From the NCBI GenBank assembly GCA_000092065.1, contig CP000584.1: a stretch of DNA of 64,000 bases; one strand, given 5' to 3'. The translations under genes were made by a program, and so were the position numbers. This DNA is from Ostreococcus lucimarinus. Taxonomy: Eukaryota. Within the stretch, counting starts at the first letter, position 1. Each line of letters starts with the position of its first letter. Shown here piece after piece: positions 55,838 to 64,000 of the stretch. The notes beneath the pieces were generated by a model. The model worked only from the letters and a program-made list of their open reading frames with translations, did no database searches and was not told the origin of the DNA.

Positions 55838-58800
55838 CTACCTGCGCATCGATTCCCTGAGAGATCCTCGCGCGCGCATGTTGAGTAGAATCGCTCGAGT
55901 GTCCATATCGCCGACCTCGAGGACGTTCGTCGTTTCTTTCAGCGCGCTCTCGCTCGACTTTTCTGGACTTGCCGCGGGCGTCTCGACGACGACGGAGTCG
56001 TCGCCTTCGTTGGGCGATTTTCCATCAAAGTCGAGCTTTACCACCGTTTCGCGTCTCGCCTTGAACGATCCTTTCCTGCCAGAGGACGAAGAAGACGATC
56101 TCGTCCGTTCAAGCGGAAGCGTGGGTAACCCAGTGTTGTTTGCCGGCATGTTGTCGACGCCTCGTTTCGCTCTCTGCTCGCGCGCGACTTGCGCGTCCAG
56201 TAACGTCTGCACTTCTTGAAATATGTCTTCGAATGAAGGTCTGAGCGAGGGATCGCTCTGCCACGCGCGCTGCATCAACGCGCGATATGATTCGGCGTCG
56301 AGAAAAGCGGCGCCGTGCGTCGCATCTACCTCTGGACGATCGCCGTCCGGAACGATGGAGACGATTTGATAAACGTGCAAATCCTTGAAAGGCGCTTGCA
56401 AGCTTTGAAGCTCCCACATGACGATGGCGAAGGAGTACACATCTGATGCTGTACCATACTGTCCGTCTGTCAGAACTTCAGGGGCCATCCAACGAGGCGA
56501 GTGAAGAGTACCTGAGCGCTCTGCGCCCTCGCCCGAGGCGACGATGTCGTTGTGCACTCGAGATAGGTTGAAATCGCCGACTTTGACACGGTAGTAGCGG
56601 TCTACCATAAGATTGGCACTCTTTAAGTCTCGATGCAAAACGGACGCATCGTGCAAGTAAAGCATCCCAGCCGCGGCACCGAGTGCCATCTGAAGGCGTA
56701 TACGCCACGGCAACTCGGGCGCGCCCGGCTTGATGTGTCGCTGAAGTACCGCGTACAGCGAACCTCGAACGCAAAACTCCTGCACGATGGCTGGACGCGG
56801 TGTCATCACGACCCCGAGCAAAAGCACGATATTTGGATGTCTGAGCTTCGTCATGATGCTCACCTCTTTCTCTAACTCTTCCAAAGAATGAATGAGTCCG
56901 CTCGACGTAACATCGATGTCTTGAGCGCCGATGAATTTCACGGCGACGTCTATGTGATTCCAAGTAGCTTTGAACACGCGACCGAACGATCCTTCTCCGA
57001 TTTTTTGTTCAAGTTTAATATGATCGTACGCAATTCGCGCTGTTTCTGATAACGTAGCCGACTCGGGCGTCCTATTCACCGGAATAAATTTACTGTCATT
57101 CATCACCTTGGACGGCGATCCCAAGCCCAGACGTGAATGCTCCTTTCGCGCCGTCTGTCGAAGCTTTCCGAGCATGGCTTCGAGCTGCGAGAGAGGCCAA
57201 TACATTATGCTTCCGAAACGACCGACGGTGATGACACCGATAGAGCCACCGCCGTCTATCTTGGTTAAATGAACGAGCCCACTACCGTGCGCGACGAGCT
57301 TACTCGAGCGTAACTCGAAGGGTGAAGCGTTTTTCGAAGAAGCGAGCGTTTCGGCGTGGAGAGATGCTTCGTGCAACTCATGCGCTCCGGGGAGGGGCCA
57401 AACTGTCAGCTTTCCATTCGCGTGTCCGATGGCGATGATCGTTTCGACAGCCACGGCGCCGACGATGCTTTTACCAAAGTACTTGGAAAGCGACCACGCA
57501 TCAACCGCCTTGAATCCCATTGTGATGTTCATCACGCGCTCGCCGGTTTCTACCGCGCACTTATCTCCGCCCCATATTTGCACCGCACCCGTGTCGTGCA
57601 CGCTGACGATCAAATCTCGCACCGTGGGGTGCTGCATCAACGCAACCGCGGAGCCGAGATCTTCCAAACTCACCATGCGCACGCACTTTGCCTCAGCCAC
57701 ATCCCAAACCTCCAACACTAAATCATTCTCGCATGCGATGAATACCACCCCTTCTGAGCCGTCGCTCGCGTTGTGTAGCATACACGACACGCTTTTGGAC
57801 TTTTTACGAATCGAGTCGGGATCTGGGAAACTCGGACGATGGGTGGCGGATGCGGCGACGACGTCGCGCGCGACTTTGAACTCTCCAGCAGCATCATTCG
57901 TACTCGCGACGACTCGCAATTCAACTACGGTACCATCCGTACAGCCAATCCACGCGCGCGTGCCGTCGATCGGTGCGATCGCCGTCACGGACTCGTTGCG
58001 CGCCACGACGACGATTTGCGAGTTCATCAATCGCCCCATATCGCAATCCCACGCCATGACCCCTCCGTTTTTCAAACCGGCCCATAACAACGGCGATCCG
58101 TTCGGTGCGTTCACCATCGTGACTATGGATGACTTCAAGAACGCAGAGCTCGTGCCCCCGCTAGGCCGAGCCATGCACGACGTGCCGCCCGTGGCGTCTA
58201 CGCGCGGACTTTCGATTCGGCGCCGACCACGTATGAACATGTCGTACGCATCGAGCCTGGGAAACGCCCCGCCCGTGGACCACCAAAGCTCAGCCCCATC
58301 CGACCCCGCGGCGCACATCGTGAGCACACCCGAGCCAAAGATACTATCGATCGTCTGCGCGACGCCGCCTCGAAGCAGCCGGCGTCGCCCTTCGCTCGAC
58401 ACGCCCGCGACGCCCAATCTTCCCGACGCCCCGGCCATGTTCCACAGTTGTAGCTCCAGAGCCTCTAAATCTCGCGTCACTTCCTCGAATTTCCCATCGG
58501 TTTTCCCCCCTATCGCGTACCGCACCAGTTTTTGCGCCGTCGTGAACGACCCGTAAACCTCCGCCAGCGTCTTCCCGTGGTGCAACCGTCCCAGCACGCT
58601 CACGCATTGCCGCTTCACCTGCACCCGTCCACCATCATCATACATCGCGTACACGTTCTCCACCTCTCGCAGCGCCAACATCGTCGCCTCCGCTTGCCCC
58701 CACAGCGCCGAGCACTTCTCCCGGTGCGACACCGCGCCGTGCGCCGCGCGCTCGAGCGCGCGCGCCGCGCCGCGACACCGCTCAAACAGCCCTTCGTTCG

Positions 58801-58909
58801 CGCCACCGACATCATCGCGCATCCACGACGCGTCTTTCACCGTCGATCTGGACGTCGACGCGTCCTCGCGCGTCGTCACCGCGTCCTCGCGCGTCCCAAC
58901 CGTCGTCAT
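55838..58909 (-). CDS. Protein kinase (TKL/Raf-like catalytic domain) with an N-terminal beta-propeller (WD40-like) region
   Basis: 1023-aa ORF. Kinase subdomains: GEGSFGRVFKA...VAVK, HRDLKSANLMVD, VGDFNLSR, SPRWMAPEVL, DVYSFAIVMWEL. N-terminal region with repeated strand-rich blocks (..LLWAGLKNGGVMAWD.., ..VVELRVV.., ..LVLEVWDV.., ..AVQIWGG.., ..GKLTVWPL..). Confidence 0.8.
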   Translation of the reverse strand: MTTVGTREDAVTTREDASTSRSTVKDASWMRDDVGGANEGLFERCRGAARALERAAHGAVSHREKCSALWGQAEATMLALREVENVYAMYDDGGRVQVKRQCVSVLGRLHHGKTLAEVYGSFTTAQKLVRYAIGGKTDGKFEEVTRDLEALELQLWNMAGASGRLGVAGVSSEGRRRLLRGGVAQTIDSIFGSGVLTMCAAGSDGAELWWSTGGAFPRLDAYDMFIRGRRRIESPRVDATGGTSCMARPSGGTSSAFLKSSIVTMVNAPNGSPLLWAGLKNGGVMAWDCDMGRLMNSQIVVVARNESVTAIAPIDGTRAWIGCTDGTVVELRVVASTNDAAGEFKVARDVVAASATHRPSFPDPDSIRKKSKSVSCMLHNASDGSEGVVFIACENDLVLEVWDVAEAKCVRMVSLEDLGSAVALMQHPTVRDLIVSVHDTGAVQIWGGDKCAVETGERVMNITMGFKAVDAWSLSKYFGKSIVGAVAVETIIAIGHANGKLTVWPLPGAHELHEASLHAETLASSKNASPFELRSSKLVAHGSGLVHLTKIDGGGSIGVITVGRFGSIMYWPLSQLEAMLGKLRQTARKEHSRLGLGSPSKVMNDSKFIPVNRTPESATLSETARIAYDHIKLEQKIGEGSFGRVFKATWNHIDVAVKFIGAQDIDVTSSGLIHSLEELEKEVSIMTKLRHPNIVLLLGVVMTPRPAIVQEFCVRGSLYAVLQRHIKPGAPELPWRIRLQMALGAAAGMLYLHDASVLHRDLKSANLMVDRYYRVKVGDFNLSRVHNDIVASGEGAERSGTLHSPRWMAPEVLTDGQYGTASDVYSFAIVMWELQSLQAPFKDLHVYQIVSIVPDGDRPEVDATHGAAFLDAESYRALMQRAWQSDPSLRPSFEDIFQEVQTLLDAQVAREQRAKRGVDNMPANNTGLPTLPLERTRSSSSSSGRKGSFKARRETVVKLDFDGKSPNEGDDSVVVETPAASPEKSSESALKETTNVLEVGDMDTRAILLNMRARGSLRESMRR

Positions 58910-59216
58910 GCGCGCGCGTTCCGAAGCGCTTTCCGCGCGCTTCGAGCCGCTTCGAGCCGCGACGCGCGCGACGCGCGGCGCGACGCGCGAGCGCGCGCGT
59001 CTCGACGACGCGCGCGGGTCCGCGGCGCGCGCGCGGGTCCGCGGCCGCGCGCGCGGCGTCGAGACGCGCGCGGGTCTGCATCACGGGCGTTTTCAACGTT
59101 GAATACGAGCCTGATCGACCGGTCGTGAACCGTCGGTGCGAGGACTCGGATGCGCGCGCCAACATCCGACGATCGCCACACGTCGACGCGACGAACGCGG
59201 GACGAGCGCGCGCGCG

Positions 59217-60788
59217 ATGTCTCCGAAGCCGCGCGTGACGAAGCGCGCGCGCGCGAAGGGCGCGAAACTACTCGCGGGATGCGCGCTGGCGTCGCTCGCG
59301 GTGCGCGGTGCGCGCGGGGACGCGACGCAAACGGGAACGACGCGGTTGGGTGTTGACGACGCGCGAGGGTTAGACGAGGCGCCGCGCGAGAGCGGGCGAG
59401 CGCGGCGCGCGCGCGCGGGGATCGCGTCGCTCGGGTACGGTCTGAGTGACGTGCAGCCGAACTTGAACGACGACACGCTGCCGCACGGAAAGCCGGGATG
59501 GCGTTGGAGGTTTGGCTCGAGGGAAGGGCTGAGCTTCGTGTGCCCGGACTCGAACGCCCACCCGAACGCCGACCCGAACGCCAATCTCGGCGAGGGTGAC
59601 GAAGACTCGTACTTAGACGAGACCGATAATGCGTTGCCCGATCCTCCTCCGACGCGATACGTCGTTCGTTATGGGACGTACGGGCGTTTCGCCGATACGG
59701 GCGTGGACAAGTACAACGACGCGTGGTTTGAAAGCGTCGAACACCAAGCGGACATCAAGTGGACGTACGGCGTGTGCAGACCGGGTCAAACCATCAAATG
59801 CGAGTCTTCGACGTTCGGATACGTCAACCCATTTCCTAGCATCGCTGATGGCATGCCCGGGAAGAAGTGTCAGTACTTGAACGTGAGAGACATTCCCAGC
59901 CGCGACGTCAACGCGAGCATCTCCTTCGCTCCTGGCGAACAGCGCATGGACGTGGACTCGCTCGGCGCGGAGGTGGATTTGAATGTCATCAATACCAACA
60001 ATCGCTGGGGTGTGAGATCGTTTTATGTTTTCAGCGCGGGTAAGGTGAAGGCGATGTTGAAAGAGATGTTCCCAGACACGGTGATGCACCAAGACTTTGT
60101 GTGGCACTGGTGCGCGAACGAGGGCTCCGACTACCCGTCCTCGGGCTGCGAGTGCAACACGATGATGCGCTACGGTTGGACGGGTAACCAGACTTTACAA
60201 GCACCGAACCCGGCGGAAGACCCTGACTTTTCTAAGTGGACTATCGTCGACGCGAGATTCGAAGACACCCCCGTCATTCCGTGCAACCATCACAAGCTCG
60301 GCGGCGTGCTTCCGTTTCCGCTCGCGAACGAGCGCATTTGCCAGTGCTTGGACAACACCACGCTGGCGTTGTTCAACGCCGGTTTGCAAGCCACCATAGG
60401 TGGTCCGGACGTCCCGGGGCAAACGTTGTTCAACATGACCAACCACACGCATTACTACAACAAGACGCACGTCGATTACGTCAGAGAGCAGCACCGAGCG
60501 GCGGCGGCGGCGGCGAACGCGTCGGACCATCCAGCGGACGATGACGCCGAAACACCCGTCGAATCCGACCTCGGACGTCGACCCACCCCCGTAGAAAGAC
60601 ATCGGGCGAAGATCGCAGAGCTCAGCGCGTCGCGCACCGATGTCGACTCTATTCTCACCGCGAGCGGGGCGACGCTCGTCGTCGCCTCTGTCGCCGTCTT
60701 CGCCGTCGTGGTCTTCGCTCGGTACAGGCGTTTGCGCGAGTACGAGCGCGTGCCGGAGACGGTGCCGGAGACGGACATAGATTTTTAA
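59217..60788 (+). CDS. Hypothetical type I membrane protein with a cysteine-rich ectodomain
   Basis: Signal-like MSPKPRV...AKLLAGCALASLAVRGARG. Multiple conserved-looking Cys (..VCRPGQTIKCESSTFGY.., ..HWCANEGSDYPSSGCECNTMMRYGW.., ..IPCNHHKLGG..ICQCLDNTT..). C-terminal TM ATLVVASVAVFAVVVFARY. The track ORF begins at 59136. Confidence 0.6.
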   Translation: MSPKPRVTKRARAKGAKLLAGCALASLAVRGARGDATQTGTTRLGVDDARGLDEAPRESGRARRARAGIASLGYGLSDVQPNLNDDTLPHGKPGWRWRFGSREGLSFVCPDSNAHPNADPNANLGEGDEDSYLDETDNALPDPPPTRYVVRYGTYGRFADTGVDKYNDAWFESVEHQADIKWTYGVCRPGQTIKCESSTFGYVNPFPSIADGMPGKKCQYLNVRDIPSRDVNASISFAPGEQRMDVDSLGAEVDLNVINTNNRWGVRSFYVFSAGKVKAMLKEMFPDTVMHQDFVWHWCANEGSDYPSSGCECNTMMRYGWTGNQTLQAPNPAEDPDFSKWTIVDARFEDTPVIPCNHHKLGGVLPFPLANERICQCLDNTTLALFNAGLQATIGGPDVPGQTLFNMTNHTHYYNKTHVDYVREQHRAAAAAANASDHPADDDAETPVESDLGRRPTPVERHRAKIAELSASRTDVDSILTASGATLVVASVAVFAVVVFARYRRLREYERVPETVPETDIDF

Positions 60789-60938
60789 CGCTCTCGCGAG
60801 TGGAGGGTAATAATTGCAATCAATCGTAACACTAATCACAATCGTCGACGCGCCGCGCACGCGGCGTCGCTTCAAACGCGCGTCTCGCGCGCGCGTCCTC
60901 AGATTCCAGCGCGCCGCGCTCGGCGACGACCGACGACC

Positions 60939-61478
60939 ATGCCGAGCGTGGTGCAGAAGGGCATCGATAAGGTGCGCCTGATGGCTGGCCTCGAGCCGTC
61001 CGCGCCCGCGCCCGGCGAGCAGACCGCCGAACTCCTCGACGAGTACACGTCGTGCGCATCCTTGACGTACGAGCAGCGCATGTACGGCTTTGCGTTCTGC
61101 GCTCTGTTCGGTGTCATGTGCAGCGCGCTGTCGAGCGTGTTCTGGACGCGACCGACCAAGTTCGCGACGCTGTACAGCATGGGAAACCTGCTCTCGCTCG
61201 CGAGCACGGGGTTCCTGACCGGGTTCGCGAGGCAGCTGAAGAATATGTTTCACGGGACGCGCTTCGCGGCGACGTGCGTGTACCTGGGAGCGCTCATCAT
61301 GACGCTGGTGTGCGCGGTGGAGCTGAAATCGTTCCCACTCACGATGGTGTTCTTAGTCGTGCAGTGGTGCGCGCTGATTTGGTACTGCATGAGCTACATA
61401 CCGGGAGGCCGCGCGGCGCTCAAGGCAATCGCCAAGGCGTGCTGCGGCGCGGGTGGAGAATCGGGTGATTTCTTTTAG
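60939..61478 (+). CDS. SFT2: Vesicle transport protein SFT2 (Got1/Sft2-like family)
   Basis: 179 aa, 4 TM: ..TYEQRMYGFAFCALFGVMCSALS..FATLYSMGNLLSLASTGFLTGFARQLKNMF..RFAATCVYLGALIMTLV..LVVQWCALIWYCMSYIPGGRAA. Confidence 0.85.
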   Translation: MPSVVQKGIDKVRLMAGLEPSAPAPGEQTAELLDEYTSCASLTYEQRMYGFAFCALFGVMCSALSSVFWTRPTKFATLYSMGNLLSLASTGFLTGFARQLKNMFHGTRFAATCVYLGALIMTLVCAVELKSFPLTMVFLVVQWCALIWYCMSYIPGGRAALKAIAKACCGAGGESGDFF

Positions 61479-61628
61479 AATTTGTAAGTTTACACAAGAC
61501 AGTGCTAGCTAGCGCGCGGCGCGTCCGTGGAACGAGCGACATCGATCGCGCGCGATTCTTCGTCGATCCTTCGTCGATCATCGACTCCGAATCGCGCGGT
61601 CTTTCTTCTCGCCGACGCTCGGTTCGCG

Positions 61629-62123
61629 CTACGCCAACGATCCCAACGTCCCGCGCTCGCCTAAATCCCCCGCCGCGGTCTGCCCTCCCGCGGCCTCTCC
61701 CGCCATCTTCGCTCGAGCCTCCGCGAACAATTTATTCTGCAGCGCCATCGCGTCCTCCGCGCTCATGTCGATCCGCTTCCTCTTCTTCTTCGCCTCGCGC
61801 TTTTCGTTTTCCTCCTCCTTCGCCTCGTCGCGCGCGATTTCGCACTCAGCCTCGTACGACTCGAACCCCAGCGCTCGCAGCGCTCGCAGCACGTGCTCCG
61901 CCGTTATCGTCGACTTTCCCTCTCGCGTCGACGCCTCGTTCGCCTCCGCGCTCACCGCGTTCACGAATTCATCCCCGCACTCGCACACCATCTCGCGACA
62001 CTCGTTTGAGATTTTCTGATTCGCGTCGATCGCGCGCAGCGCGTCGTTGATCATCTTGTGCAGCGTCGCGCGCGGGAGCTGCAGCTCATCGTCGCTCACG
62101 CCGTCGCGGTCGAAGCCGTCCAT
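61629..62123 (-). CDS. DR1: Negative cofactor 2 beta (Dr1), a histone-fold TBP-binding repressor
   Basis: Start Met at 62123 (MDGFDRDG..). LPRATLHKMINDALRAIDANQKISNECREMVCECGDEFVNAVSAEANE...KSTITAEHVLRALRALGFESY matches Dr1 (LPRA.I.KMIKE.LP....A.DAR.LV..CC.EFI...SSEANE...KTI..EHV..AL..LGF..Y). Lys/Glu-rich C-terminal tail. Confidence 0.85.
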   Translation of the reverse strand: MDGFDRDGVSDDELQLPRATLHKMINDALRAIDANQKISNECREMVCECGDEFVNAVSAEANEASTREGKSTITAEHVLRALRALGFESYEAECEIARDEAKEEENEKREAKKKRKRIDMSAEDAMALQNKLFAEARAKMAGEAAGGQTAAGDLGERGTLGSLA

Positions 62124-62217
62124 CGCGCGTCCCGTCGCGCGCGCGAATGATGGCTGCGAATGCGCGCATCGACGGGACGCGAACGCGCGCGGCACGTCGC
62201 GACGCGGCGCGGCGCGC

Positions 62218-63162
62218 ATGCCGCGGTGCGCGAGCGACGACCGACGATGGTCGTCCGCGGACGTCCCGGGCGAGGCGTCGACGCGCGCGCGACGCGAGCG
62301 ACGCGAGCGACGCGTCTCGAACGCGACGACGACGGCGACGACGGCGTCGGACGCGGACGAACGCGACGGACGCGGACGACCGCCGCGCGCGACGACGACG
62401 ACGGGGACGCGCGCGAACGAGACGAACGACGCGACGACGACGGCGCGCGACGACGCGGCGCCGAGCGTGCTGCAAAAATTGCAAAAGTGGGGGGATTACG
62501 AGTCGTGCGGGGACGTCGTGCGCGGGACGCGGTTGATTCCGATGAAGACGCCGCTGTCGCCGCGGTACGTGGAGGAGAATTGCGTGAACGCGCTGACGAT
62601 GGAGTCGCTGATGCGAGGACAGCGCGCGCGAGGACGGGAGATCGGGCTGATCATCGATCTCACGAATCACGATTGTTTGTACGAGGACGACATACCGAGC
62701 GACGTGGCGCGAGTGCACGTGCGAAACGTGGCCAAGGCGGTGCCGAGCGCGAGCGACGTGCGAAAGGCGACGGAGGCGGCGAATAAGTTCTTGGCGACGG
62801 CGGGGAATGAGAATAAGTACATCGCCGTGCACTGCGCGTACGGATTCAATCGCACGGGGTTCGTGATTTGTTGTTATCTAGTGCAAATGTTCGGGGCGAC
62901 GCCCGCGGAGGCGATGGAGCTCTTCGCCGAGGCGCGGCCTCCGGGATTGAAACACTTGCACTTCAGGCACGAGCTCGTCGAACGATACGCGCCGAGCGAG
63001 ACGAGAGGCGATTCAGATTCCCCGATCGACGCCTTGTCGCGGTTGCGAATCCGTCGCTCGTTCGACAGCGAGCCGGATTTCCGCAACGCAATCGACGACG
63101 AGGACGAAAACGACACGCTCGACATCGAGATGAATCGCAAGCACTGGCGCGCGGCGCCGTGA
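62218..63162 (+). CDS. RNA 5'-triphosphatase-type cysteine phosphatase (mRNA-capping-enzyme TPase / DUSP11-like), stand-alone, with no guanylyltransferase domain
   Basis: Active-site P-loop IAVHCAYGFNRTGFVICCYLVQMFGATPAEAMELFAEARPPGLKHLHFRHELVERY equals the capping-enzyme TPase signature (HCTHGxNRTG ... RPPGI). ATG 62218 (MPRCAS..) is in frame with the ORF that opens at 62047. Low-complexity Thr/Arg/Asp N-terminal region. Confidence 0.7.
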   Translation: MPRCASDDRRWSSADVPGEASTRARRERRERRVSNATTTATTASDADERDGRGRPPRATTTTGTRANETNDATTTARDDAAPSVLQKLQKWGDYESCGDVVRGTRLIPMKTPLSPRYVEENCVNALTMESLMRGQRARGREIGLIIDLTNHDCLYEDDIPSDVARVHVRNVAKAVPSASDVRKATEAANKFLATAGNENKYIAVHCAYGFNRTGFVICCYLVQMFGATPAEAMELFAEARPPGLKHLHFRHELVERYAPSETRGDSDSPIDALSRLRIRRSFDSEPDFRNAIDDEDENDTLDIEMNRKHWRAAP

Positions 63163-63324
63163 CCGGCGCGAGTCTCCGACGGCGTTCTTCGATATTTCTC
63201 CGCACTCGCATTTCTCGCACTCGCGTGCTCTGGTGTAATATGTACTTCAGTTTTCTAGCGCAGCCGAGCGCTCGCGCGGCCCGCTCGACGCGATTCGCAC
63301 ATCGCGACTCCCGCACCGACGCAA

Positions 63325-63706
63325 TGGTGCGTCCACCGCCCGCTCGCCTCGAACGCGTCGAGATCGCGCGCGCATCGCGTCCGCGCGCGTCGCGCGCGCA
63401 TCGCGCGCGCGCGCGCTCGTTCTCGCGCGCCGACGTTCCACGCGCGGGTTTACCCCAACCCGACATCGACGACTGACGCTCGCGCACGTCGCGATCGCGC
63501 GCGCTCGACAGCCCGTGGAGTCCGTTCCACCGTTCGCCATCATCGTCGGCGCCATCACCGCCATGGGCGGGCTGCAGTACCTCACCCACGGCGCGGCGTA
63601 CGGGAAGCCGCGCGCGATCGGGCAGGACGCGTTCGATCGTCTCGTCGCGGCGCGAGACGAGCGCGTCAAGACGGCCGCCGCGAGCGGACGCGGGGCGCAA
63701 AAGTAG
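63325..63706 (+). CDS. NDUFA1: NADH dehydrogenase (complex I) 1 alpha subcomplex subunit 1 (NDUFA1/MWFE). Proposed exons: 63325..63327 (ATG only) and 63512..63706.
   Basis: ORF 63515..63706 (first codon GTG) encodes VESVPPFAIIVGAITAMGGLQYLTHGAAYGKPRAIGQDAFDRLVAARDERVKTAAASG. This is collinear with plant MWFE (..LPLGIIGGMLCIMGN.QYYIHKAYHGRPKHIGHDEWDVAMERRDKKVVEKAAA). No in-frame ATG lies upstream. ATG|GTGCGTCC at 63325-63332 plus acceptor CGACAG| at 63511 would give an in-frame 65-aa product starting MPVESVPPF. The splice is inferred. Confidence 0.5.
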
Positions 63707-63945
63707 CGCGTTTGAACCGCGACCGGGCGCTCGAGCGCCGTTGTAATTGATCCCTAGAGTAGCGCGGACGCGGCGAATCGAGACGCGACCCGGCGCCGGG
63801 CGAAGCGACACAATGTCGCGCGCGTCGTCGGCGGCGCGCTCGATCGCGCGCGCGGGCGCGCGAACGCGCGCGGGCGCTCGCGCGCGCTCGATTCGCCGCG
63901 CGCGACGCGCGCGCGTCGCGGTGTTGACGAACGAAGAAGTCGAGT

Positions 63946-64000
63946 TTATGGTTGAAAACTTCAAGCCTTGGGTGACGGATGAGGAAAGCGCGCGTAAGTG
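63946..64000 (+). CDS. First exon of an unidentified gene (partial; continues beyond the right edge)
   Basis: ATG GTT GAA AAC TTC AAG CCT TGG GTG ACG GAT GAG GAA AGC GCG C followed by GTAAGTG (a consensus donor) at the window end. Confidence 0.25.

Noticed and set aside
62963-63964. 333-aa minus-strand ORF at the right end
   Set aside because: It is an Arg/Ala-rich shadow, antisense to the RNA-triphosphatase gene and the NDUFA1 region. Sense-strand genes with clear homology occupy the same DNA.

Overview
The window is eukaryotic nuclear DNA, not a prokaryotic island. It is very gene-dense, about one gene per 1.7 kb, with roughly 60% GC and GC-rich third codon positions. It carries eukaryote-only families: RuvBL1, RPB5, TIPIN, Dr1/NC2beta, SNRNP27, a CCA1-type Myb, DRP5B/ARC5, AP2/ERF and a membrane-bound PAM. 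There are a few short GC-rich spliceosomal introns with GTGCG or GTACG donors and (C/T)AG acceptors, and TGTAA-type 3' end signals. Together these fit a prasinophyte picoalga of the Ostreococcus type; this is an inference and no database was consulted. I can support about 36 protein-coding genes on both strands and a handful of introns. I see no rRNA, tRNA, CRISPR array or recognisable transposon.

Caveats:
- The ORF track omits ORFs that run off the window edge, for example the alanyl-tRNA synthetase at the left end.
- It reports non-AUG (GTG/TTG) first codons as 'M'.
- Because of GC-rich codon usage it contains many long Arg/Ala-rich antisense 'shadow' ORFs, which I rejected.

Most notable items:
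- A 13.8 kb single-exon gene encoding a roughly 4,590-aa protein: PH domain, then a P-loop module resembling DUF3638/DUF3645, an acidic E/Q tract, two EF-hands and a Vps62/DUF946-like C-terminus.
- A CCA1/RVE-type clock Myb gene, with a perfect Evening Element (AAAATATCT) about 900 bp away in the promoter of the giant gene.
- A bifunctional membrane PHM-PAL peptide-amidating monooxygenase.
- Several tandem-repeat promoter elements and coding microsatellites.
- Unusual intron and start-codon architectures: an apparent ATG-only first exon in NDUFA1, and non-AUG ORF starts in DRP5B, LPD and COX10 that imply unannotated 5' exons.

Coordinates taken from the ORF track are reliable. Intron coordinates were read by hand and may be off by a nucleotide or two.
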